A stretch of 64,000 nucleotides of DNA. It comes from an uncultured Candidatus Peribacteria bacterium (GTDB lineage Bacteria; Patescibacteriota; Gracilibacteria; Peribacterales; Peribacteraceae). Within the stretch, counting starts at the first letter, position 1. The number at the start of each line of letters is the position of its first letter. Both the position numbers and the translations under genes were made by a program. Positions 18,001-24,289 of the stretch are shown here, piece after piece. Where the stretch lies: assembly GCA_964554435.1 (NCBI GenBank), contig CAZKOO010000004.1, forward strand, positions 2,116 to 66,115. The letters are read 5' to 3'. The notes below the pieces were generated by a model. It did no database searches. It saw only the letters and a list, made by a program, of their open reading frames with translations, and had not been told where the DNA came from.

Positions 18001-18954
18001 CCCACCATCGAGCTGCACCATTGGGCGAAGATCAGGTGGAAGAATAGGCAAACGAGTGAGAATCATCCATTCTGGCTGAATGTTTGCTTGCTTGAGTGAC
18101 TGGATGAGCTTGAGACGTTTCATGATTTTCTTGAGCTTCTGTCCACTACTCTGCTGACGCTCGACCATGAGTGCTTCTACGAGTGTATCGTAGTCCATGC
18201 TTGCGATGATCTCACGGAGAGATTCTGCACCTGTTCCTGCACGGAAGAGATGCCCGAATTTCATGTTCATTTCGCGGAATTTCAGCTCAGATAGAACGGA
18301 GCCAATGTGCAAATTTTCAAGATCTTCAAGAGCATCTTTGTGGTTCACTTTGAGTTGATCGAGACGCTCTGCTGTGGATGCCTCAAGTGCATCGAGCTGA
18401 TCGCGACTTGGGTTACCAGACTTGAGCGTTTTCATGGCATCATCATGCTCACGCTTAATTTGATTGCGGTGTGCATCGTACTCTTTGCTTAGCTCTTTCT
18501 TCACTTCTTCCTTGCCTTCCTCATCGACCGTCACAACGACGTATGCTGAGAAATAGACGATTTGTTCGAGTGTTTTGATGGAGAGATCGAGAAGGAGCCC
18601 AAGACGAGATGGTGAACTACGAAGGAACCAAATGTGCGTCACAGGTACTGCAAGGTTGATGTGACCCATGCGCTCACGACGAACGATGGAACGTGTGACT
18701 TCTACGCCACATTTCTCACATACAACGTTGTTGTAGCGAATGCCTTTGTACTTTCCACAGAAACACTGAAAGTTCTTTGTAGGACCGAAGATGCGCTCAC
18801 AGAAGAGCCCATCTGGTTCTGCACGCTGGGTGCGGTAGTTTACTGTTTCTGGCTTCGTGACTTCACCACGAGACCAACCAAGAACATCTTCAGGACTTGC
18901 GACGCTGAGAGCAACAGCATCGAATGAATCGGACGTGCGAGGAACGTAGGACAT
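15067..18954 (-). CDS. rpoC: DNA-directed RNA polymerase subunit beta-prime
   Basis: 1295 aa with the Zn-finger CFCGKYKG...CEKCGVEV, catalytic NADFDGDQM, and the bridge-helix and trigger-loop blocks. Confidence 0.97.
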   Translation of the reverse strand: MSYVPRTSDSFDAVALSVASPEDVLGWSRGEVTKPETVNYRTQRAEPDGLFCERIFGPTKNFQCFCGKYKGIRYNNVVCEKCGVEVTRSIVRRERMGHINLAVPVTHIWFLRSSPSRLGLLLDLSIKTLEQIVYFSAYVVVTVDEEGKEEVKKELSKEYDAHRNQIKREHDDAMKTLKSGNPSRDQLDALEASTAERLDQLKVNHKDALEDLENLHIGSVLSELKFREMNMKFGHLFRAGTGAESLREIIASMDYDTLVEALMVERQQSSGQKLKKIMKRLKLIQSLKQANIQPEWMILTRLPILPPDLRPMVQLDGGRFAASDLNDLYRRVINRNNRLRKLMSIGAPEVICRNEKRMLQEAVDTLLNNSARAGKALFTAGDRRKLRSLSDMLKGKQGRFRQNLLGKRVDYSGRSVIVVGPTLKIDECGLPKDMAMKLFKPFVIGQLIREELAHNVKTAERMVFDGGKRVWDILEEVIQGKYVLLNRAPTLHRLGIQAFRPRLVEGLAIQLHPLVCTAFNADFDGDQMAVHVPLSDQAQKEARELMSAARSVLKPSAGEPIITPVQDMVLGCYFLTAVHDGYKGHGSVYGSAHEAMMAYEHGAIDLKAKIKVRFPKQGGEEGEYEYMETSAGRLIFQQIVPPELGIINETLKKGVLSKIIARALDLIGPERTARLADDIKNVGFKYATKSGLSISMSDMLIPSEKKEILAEANKKIQDINTLFMKGWITADERYQHAIRIWSKTKNEVAAVMIKQFTSHDRNSITYMIDSGARGNWGQITQLAGMKGLVANPSGRTIELPIQSNLKEGFTILEYFIATHGGRKGKSDTALKTAEAGYLTRRLVDAVQDIVIIEEDCGTDIGYDITREDSERIGEKFEHRIFGRVLNTDVVSGKKVIAKRNDEIDAAMIDLFTENKIDGVNVRAVITCQTDGGICQKCYGRDLADNKTVKLGTPVGIMAAQSIGEPGTQLTMRTFHMGGVAEGSDITQGLTRVEEIFEARSPRTPATLSDISGRVKIVHKGGQTTVQISGEELDFDHYFIPAGYEVIVKKGDQVKEKSVLARSLTDKSALKTMIGGTVDSIEGGKIVVKHSEMQDRTYEFHAREQLIVKNGDMIKAGQAINAGHYNLQELLEKQGPHAVQSYIIQEVQHIYASQGQTINDKHLEIIARKMFSKVRIVDGGDTMLLAGEVVDISDVRRADAVAKKTNKNAKQATYEQMLLGLTRVSLATDSWLAGASFQETIRVLVEAATTGNIDYLKGLKENVIIGRLIPAGEIFRSRLEGAKADKQAETSSDEDA

Positions 18955-19015
18955 AGGGTAGGGGGAGTGAATAGAGGATAGGTGTTAGGTGATAGGTGTT
19001 AGGTGATAGGTTATT
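18955..19015. repeat. 7-nt-period word array (GGTGTTA/GGTGATA)
   Basis: AGGGTAGGGGGAGTGAATAGAGGATAGGTGTTAGGTGATAGGTGTTAGGTGATAGGTTATT lies directly upstream of the rpoC ATG. Confidence 0.75.
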
Positions 19016-19238
19016 GGAATGCTCGACGAGCATTTCTTTTTGTTCATATTGTTCATCTATTTCCTTTTTTTCTTTCCACATAGCAGAGCGAAGCGCATCT
19101 GTAAGCGGAATTCTTTTCCGCGAGGTGCACTCCGATGATAGGCATATCATAGCGAAAAGAACGCCCTTGTAAAGAGATTATTGAGTACAAAAGTTGATCA
19201 ATTTGCTTTTTAATATAATATATGTTTTAATAATATAT

Positions 19239-20237
19239 ATGCCACATACTATTGAATCGCATCGAGAAGAATTTCTACGCACAGTGTCAGATAAAAATCA
19301 TGATAAATGTAATCGAATTTTTGCAATGATGGATGAACATGCTCGATCGACAATGACAGAATGGATGCGTGATAATAGAACCATTGATCGCATCTCTCTA
19401 AGAGAAGCAATAGAAACTGGATATACAATGGGTAGCAATCGATCTCCATATACTAGAAAGAATCAATCTGATAGAACAATTATTGTTCATCCACATGAGA
19501 TTGTAGATGCTAGAACACTCTGCACTCTACGCACTAATGTGAATATTTGTTTTGATAACAGCATAGGTCCCAAGCTTGTGGATAGTATTGTTGGAACGTC
19601 TATAGCAAGAATCGTTACACTCTTTTCTGCAAATCACACAATTGGATGTTTGAGTTCAAGAACAGATAAAAATGTGATTGATAAAGAATATCCTACTATT
19701 CATCAGGTAAAAAAAGTAGTGCAAACAAAGTCAGTACAGTCGGGAGAAATTAAGCAAGAAGACATTGGGAGATTCATCCAACATCTTGATGGACTCCATC
19801 CAGAAGACGAAATTAGTATAAATGGATGTTTTTTTGGTCTTTGTACTCTTGGAACGTTGACATATCTACGACATTTATTCTTAGGAGGAGAAGTATTCAA
19901 TGATCAAGATTATCATACATTCGTAACATTACAAAATACTGCTCATCTGGATAGTACTCCTCATCTCCATTTAGGCGTAGGGTTAGATGCTAGTTTTACT
20001 GGAATGCCATTTAGAGGAGGTACTTCAATATTTGGTTTGCAAATATCACAAGAATCACCTTATGAAATGTCTCGCGATCTTATGGATAAAAGAGCTGAGT
20101 CTTGGCCTACAGATGCTATTATTTCTACATGCCGATTATTAATGGAAGGCAAAAAAGGTACGAACTTTGAGAATATTCTTCATTCTCTTCTCCACAGTAG
20201 AGACGTATTGGGACAATGTATTCAAAATAACTTCTGA
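19239..20237 (+). CDS. Hypothetical protein (orphan, AT-rich)
   Basis: 332 aa from ATG 19239 (the ORF opens at 19194). No motif recognised. Confidence 0.5.
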   Translation: MPHTIESHREEFLRTVSDKNHDKCNRIFAMMDEHARSTMTEWMRDNRTIDRISLREAIETGYTMGSNRSPYTRKNQSDRTIIVHPHEIVDARTLCTLRTNVNICFDNSIGPKLVDSIVGTSIARIVTLFSANHTIGCLSSRTDKNVIDKEYPTIHQVKKVVQTKSVQSGEIKQEDIGRFIQHLDGLHPEDEISINGCFFGLCTLGTLTYLRHLFLGGEVFNDQDYHTFVTLQNTAHLDSTPHLHLGVGLDASFTGMPFRGGTSIFGLQISQESPYEMSRDLMDKRAESWPTDAIISTCRLLMEGKKGTNFENILHSLLHSRDVLGQCIQNNF

Positions 20238-20250
20238 TCAATAGGCCACA

Positions 20251-20817
20251 TTACTCGAAAATGATCTCATCAGAATTGCATACATGCACTCCACAATGGA
20301 GAAATGTGTTTAGGGCATCTATTTTACGATCTCGATACATATCTCCTGTTGTATCTCTTGGTATGATGAGTTGATATCCTAATTTTTTTGCATGCATAGC
20401 AGTTTCTTTGATACAGACAGCTGTTTGAACTCCAGTTAGAATTACTGTTTTGCAACCATCTCTGATAGAGGCTATAACATCTTGAAGACCTCCAGCATGA
20501 AAAATGGAATAGCTATTTTTCATCATCCAAAAATCACCTGCCTCAGGATAAGAATCCTTGTGCCAAGGAGATATATTATTAAAATTCGGAGAACAAATAT
20601 CAATAGAAATTGGAAGGGTTGAAGAAATACGTAAACCATATGCAACATGTAATACTGCTAAATGTGCACTTCTTGCTTTTTTTAGTAATTCATTGATGGC
20701 TCTTTGTGGGAGAAAAAACTCATCTTCATCTTCACGTGAAATATATTCATATTCTATCTCTTGCATATCCACTACTACAATTGCCGTTTCTGCTGCATTG
20801 ACATTGACACTCATCAA
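20251..20817 (-). CDS. Isochorismatase-family cysteine hydrolase (nicotinamidase-like)
   Basis: AIVVVDMQ N-terminal strand and VILTGVQTAVCIKETAMHAKKLGYQLIIPRD (catalytic Cys context). Confidence 0.75.
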   Translation of the reverse strand: MMSVNVNAAETAIVVVDMQEIEYEYISREDEDEFFLPQRAINELLKKARSAHLAVLHVAYGLRISSTLPISIDICSPNFNNISPWHKDSYPEAGDFWMMKNSYSIFHAGGLQDVIASIRDGCKTVILTGVQTAVCIKETAMHAKKLGYQLIIPRDTTGDMYRDRKIDALNTFLHCGVHVCNSDEIIFE

Positions 20818-20930
20818 ATATATATTGACAATTTTTATCTATTTTGTCAAATTGAGCACATTTTTAAATCAATATAACTTATGATAACCGCAGGTGGAAA
20901 ACTTGCTGCTAAAGGAGAATTTTTTTAACA

Positions 20931-20952
20931 AACGCAGGTAGATACCTGCTCC
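20931..20952. repeat. REP hairpin copy
   Basis: AACGCAGGTAGATACCTGCTCC. A degenerate copy lies at 20886-20910. Confidence 0.6.
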
Positions 20953-20984
20953 AATTGTTTTTTACTCTTTTCTCCTCTTGTCTT

Positions 20985-21329
20985 CTATCTTTTATCTTTC
21001 TCTCCAAACATCTTCTCAAAACTTCCACCACTTTCTTTGAGGGACTCTTTGAGAGCAGTGAGATCTGCTTCCGCAACAGTCAGAGTAGACGACACATTGG
21101 TAAACGATGGAACATTGGTGACATCTGCAAGTGCGCCTGCTTTTGTATTAATTTGGAGCACCATAAACGCCGAGCACGATCCGCATTTAATTTCAAGAAT
21201 CATAAAGTCATCACCTGTGACTTTTACTGACTGAAAGTTAATAGGAATGCGAGAGCCACACTGTGGACAACGCACTTGATCACGAACAGTTTCAAGGATG
21301 GTGTTGAGTGCGTGTGGGGTAAGATCCAT
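20985..21329 (-). CDS. Hypothetical zinc-ribbon protein
   Basis: 114 aa from MDLTPH, with CPQCGS...CGSCSA Cys pairs. Confidence 0.5.
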   Translation of the reverse strand: MDLTPHALNTILETVRDQVRCPQCGSRIPINFQSVKVTGDDFMILEIKCGSCSAFMVLQINTKAGALADVTNVPSFTNVSSTLTVAEADLTALKESLKESGGSFEKMFGEKDKR

Positions 21330-21424
21330 GATGCTAGTATAGCACACTTCAATAAAAGAAGGAGGATATAAGACACTATTTTAATTGAATATCAAGCCCT
21401 TTCCTCTACGCAAGGAAGGAGAAA

Positions 21425-22207
21425 TTGAGTACGATAACGACCATGTCTCCTCGCGCATCATCCACTCGCACTCCAACACGTCGTAGTGCGCCAAAAAGTC
21501 CATCTGTACAGAAAAAAAATGTGAAATCTCCTGAGAAGAAGATCTCGGTACAACGTCGCGCGAAGGCAAAGACATCAACAAAAAAGCTTTCTACGATCTT
21601 TGAAAAGAAAGCATCTCCATCAAAAAAAATGACACCAGTGAAGCATGTGACACCTACTACTCATGCACGACCATCTCGCATGAGTTCCATCCTCAAAACA
21701 ATTGGCTTGCAATGCATTATTGCAGGGTCTGCAGCAGTCATTTTAATTATGATGGGGATGATTGAGCGTGATGTGTTTACCACTGGTTCTGGTCGAGCGA
21801 TGAATGTTGTGAGTCCTGCAACCATTGGACTGGAATTTGAGGGACGCCTTGCGCTTTCTTGCGTCGTTGCAGAGAAAGATGAGAATGGATATATCAGCAT
21901 CACCAATACATCGGCAAAGGACATTCATATTTCTCTTCCTTCCTCTTGGTCTCGACTGGAAGTGATGAATGCTTCACTCGAAGAAACAAAAGGCGAACTT
22001 CCTGTATTTGGCTTTACGCGCTATAAATTGCCAAAATTTGCATCCCTCCGATTTGCTGTTCCAGAACTTCCATCAGATTTCTTATTTGACGCTCGTGGCA
22101 CAGGCGTTGCTGCTGTGACAGTAAAGACTGTTCATCTGGATGATTTGAAAACCACCTCTCAGACGGTTCTTGTTCAGAAGCAGACCTTGGTGAGGATTGG
22201 GGAATAG
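21425..22207 (+). CDS. Hypothetical membrane-anchored protein with basic N-tail
   Basis: 260 aa with a Lys/Ser/Pro-rich N-terminus, one TM (LQCIIAGSAAVILIMMGMI), then a globular part. A TTG start follows AAGGAAGGAG; an alternative ATG is at 21443. Confidence 0.55.
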   Translation: MSTITTMSPRASSTRTPTRRSAPKSPSVQKKNVKSPEKKISVQRRAKAKTSTKKLSTIFEKKASPSKKMTPVKHVTPTTHARPSRMSSILKTIGLQCIIAGSAAVILIMMGMIERDVFTTGSGRAMNVVSPATIGLEFEGRLALSCVVAEKDENGYISITNTSAKDIHISLPSSWSRLEVMNASLEETKGELPVFGFTRYKLPKFASLRFAVPELPSDFLFDARGTGVAAVTVKTVHLDDLKTTSQTVLVQKQTLVRIGE

Positions 22208-22247
22208 GTATGACCAAGGTGATAGGTTTTAGGTTCTAGGTTTTAGG
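22204..22247. repeat. Word array (GGTGATA/GGTTTTA/GGTTCTA)
   Basis: Includes the TAG stop of the upstream gene. An opposed partner lies at 22401-22432. Confidence 0.7.
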
Positions 22248-22400
22248 AAACAAAACTCATGTCAAGTTCGTTTAGCGATTCTATACGGCTTTGCCTCAAT
22301 AATTTTGATTCTTCTCTCATAGAGCATTCGTATGAGAAGCCATTATGATGTTTCGGCTACGCCGATATATTCGAAATTATTAAAGCAAATTAGTATAATA

Positions 22401-22432
22401 CCTATGACCTATCACCTAAAACCTAAAACCTG
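22401..22432. repeat. Word array, opposite orientation (TATCACC/TAAAACC)
   Basis: CCTATGACCTATCACCTAAAACCTAAAACCTG. Its units are reverse complements of those at 22204-22247. Confidence 0.7.
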
Positions 22433-22445
22433 ATATTCTGACCTT

Positions 22446-23300
22446 ATGCTTCTTCTTCCCCTCACCACTCCCCTTCTCCGTACTGGTGATGATCTCGCAA
22501 GCATCCTCTTTCAATGCGGATCTCTCCAAGATGGTGATATTCTCGTGCTTTCCTCAAAAGCGCTTGCAGCAGTTGAAGGAGCGCAGATTGATCTGTCTAC
22601 AATGACTGTGACAGATGAAGCGAAGGAATATGCAAAAAAATGCAATCAGGACCCTCGTTTTACGCAGGCGATTCTTGAGGAAACAAAGCGCATGAATGGA
22701 CGAGTGGTTGGCACATGCCCGTACGCACTATTTACCGCACTGAAGCCAAGCGGAATGCAGACTGGAACAATTCTGTGTCCGAATGCTGGACTTGATCAAT
22801 CGAATATCGAGAGTGGTTTTGCCATTGGTTGGCCGAGGGATAGCGTAGGATCGGTAAAACGACTACGAGAGAAAATTATTGGAGCACTGGAAAAGGAAAT
22901 CAATCCGTCTTCGCTCCTGAAGAGCTACGCCGAGATGAATGGAAAAGATACTCTCAACTCTCAACTATCAACTACCAACTTCGCACTCATTCTCTCCGAC
23001 TCGTGTTGCAAGCCTGCGCGTCTTGGAGTGACTGCGTTTGCTCTTGCGTGCTGTGGAATTGACCCTCTCAAGAGTGAAGTGGGCTCGAAAGACATTTTTG
23101 GAAAGCCACTGCGCATGACGCACGAAGCCCTTGCCGATCAACTCGCGACTGCTGGAAACATGCTCATGGGCAACGCAGGGCAATGCACGCCTGCAGCGAT
23201 TATCCGAGATCATGGCATTCCTTTTACGGAGTACAGCGGATGGGTGAATGGCATGGACCCACAGGATGATCTCTTTGCAGATATTCTTCGCTTCGAGTAA
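22446..23300 (+). CDS. CofE/FbiB-like gamma-glutamyl ligase family protein
   Basis: 284 aa. LLRTGDDLASIL...DGDILVLSSKALAAVEG is typical of the F420-0:gamma-glutamyl ligase fold. Contains a translated heptamer tract at 22950-22980. Confidence 0.7.
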   Translation: MLLLPLTTPLLRTGDDLASILFQCGSLQDGDILVLSSKALAAVEGAQIDLSTMTVTDEAKEYAKKCNQDPRFTQAILEETKRMNGRVVGTCPYALFTALKPSGMQTGTILCPNAGLDQSNIESGFAIGWPRDSVGSVKRLREKIIGALEKEINPSSLLKSYAEMNGKDTLNSQLSTTNFALILSDSCCKPARLGVTAFALACCGIDPLKSEVGSKDIFGKPLRMTHEALADQLATAGNMLMGNAGQCTPAAIIRDHGIPFTEYSGWVNGMDPQDDLFADILRFE

Positions 23301-23310
23301 GCTAGCAAGG

Positions 23311-24024
23311 ATGGCAACTCCTCGCTACGAAACAACGTGCATAGAGAAGAAACTTATTGCAACGGACGTGTATCAACTCCGCTTCATAAAGCCTGAAGGT
23401 TTTGCATACAGCGCTGGACAATTTGTGCTGTTCGACACTCCACACGTTGACGATCTGAGCACAACAGAACCACGCGCATACTCCATTGCATCAATGCAAG
23501 ATGAAGAAGATCTTCTCTTTGTCATTAAACTCAAAGATGGTGGTCGGTTTAGTGAATTTCTGCGTCAAAAACTTGATGTTGGTACAGAGATGACATTTGT
23601 CGGTCCACTGGGGTTTTTTACTCCCACGCTCAACGATCACGCGAAAATGCTCATTGGCACTGGAACAGGTATTGCGCCACTCCGAGCTCACCTTCGCTTT
23701 TTTGCACAACATGAGTATTCTCACGTTGTTCACGTGCTCTTTGGCGTACGAGAAAGCACTGACCTCTTTTGGGTTGATGAACTGAAAGCTCTTGGAAGCA
23801 CGCTCCCTTCTTTCTCTTTGCATCTCTGCTTGAGTGCAAAACACATCAATAATGATCATTATCACGGACGCGTGAGCGCACTCCTTCCTTCGCTGATAAC
23901 CGATGCTCTGACGACTGATGTATCCCTCTGTGGAAACCCTGCCATGGTGAAAGAACTGAAAACTCAGTGTATTGATGCGTTGCAGATTCCAAAGAAGCAG
24001 GTACACGGGGAAGGGTATGTGTAG
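23311..24024 (+). CDS. Ferredoxin-NADP reductase-like FAD/NAD(P)-binding oxidoreductase
   Basis: RAYSIAS (FAD RxYS motif) and GTGIAPL (NAD(P) motif). The ATG lies 10 nt after the upstream stop. Confidence 0.75.
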   Translation: MATPRYETTCIEKKLIATDVYQLRFIKPEGFAYSAGQFVLFDTPHVDDLSTTEPRAYSIASMQDEEDLLFVIKLKDGGRFSEFLRQKLDVGTEMTFVGPLGFFTPTLNDHAKMLIGTGTGIAPLRAHLRFFAQHEYSHVVHVLFGVRESTDLFWVDELKALGSTLPSFSLHLCLSAKHINNDHYHGRVSALLPSLITDALTTDVSLCGNPAMVKELKTQCIDALQIPKKQVHGEGYV

Positions 24025-24130
24025 GGAGTGGCTTGTAGCTATTAGCAGTTAGCAATTGGCTTGGCTGGTAGCTTGTAGCTATTGGCAATGAAAGTAGTAG
24101 ATAGTAATTAGTTAGTAGTTGATAGTGGTA
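24022..24130. repeat. Long 7-nt-period word array (two dialects)
   Basis: TAGGGAGTGGCTTGTAGCTATTAGCAGTTAGCAATTGGCTTGGCTGGTAGCTTGTAGCTATTGGCAATG, then AGTAGTAGATAGTAATTAGTTAGTAGTTGATAGTGGTA. It starts with the TAG stop of the upstream gene. Confidence 0.75.
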
Positions 24131-24177
24131 AATATTATCTTTTACAAGAATATCATCACGCTGAAACTACTATAGTT

Positions 24178-24199
24178 TTAGCGTATTAATACGCTGTCA
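24178..24199 (-). promoter_or_regulatory. Second copy of the yerC-promoter core
   Basis: TTAGCGTATTAATACGCTGTCA is identical to 10751-10772. Here it sits in a convergent intergenic region. Confidence 0.4.
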
Positions 24200-24217
24200 T
24201 TTTGTTTTCCTTCCTGC

Positions 24218-24250
24218 AAAAAAGGACCCATTTTTTCATGGATCCTTTTT
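24218..24250. terminator. Bidirectional hairpin terminator
   Basis: AAAAAAGGACCCA-ttttttc-ATGGATCCTTTTT (one mismatch), between convergent genes. Confidence 0.6.
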
Positions 24251-24289
24251 GACCACCCCGAATGAATTCGAGGATTAACACTGAAACGC

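Noticed and set aside
15061-18927. Many 60-170-aa ORFs antisense to or overlapping rpoC. Similar sets lie inside nrdJ, fusA, tuf, hppA, rny and the large orphan genes.
   Set aside because: They are shadow ORFs inside strongly supported long genes. They have skewed low-complexity or Cys/His-rich compositions and no start or RBS context.
24022-24130. Repeat arrays as CRISPR loci.
   Set aside because: The period is 7 nt with degenerate units. There are no 25-40-nt direct repeats separated by unique spacers and no cas genes.
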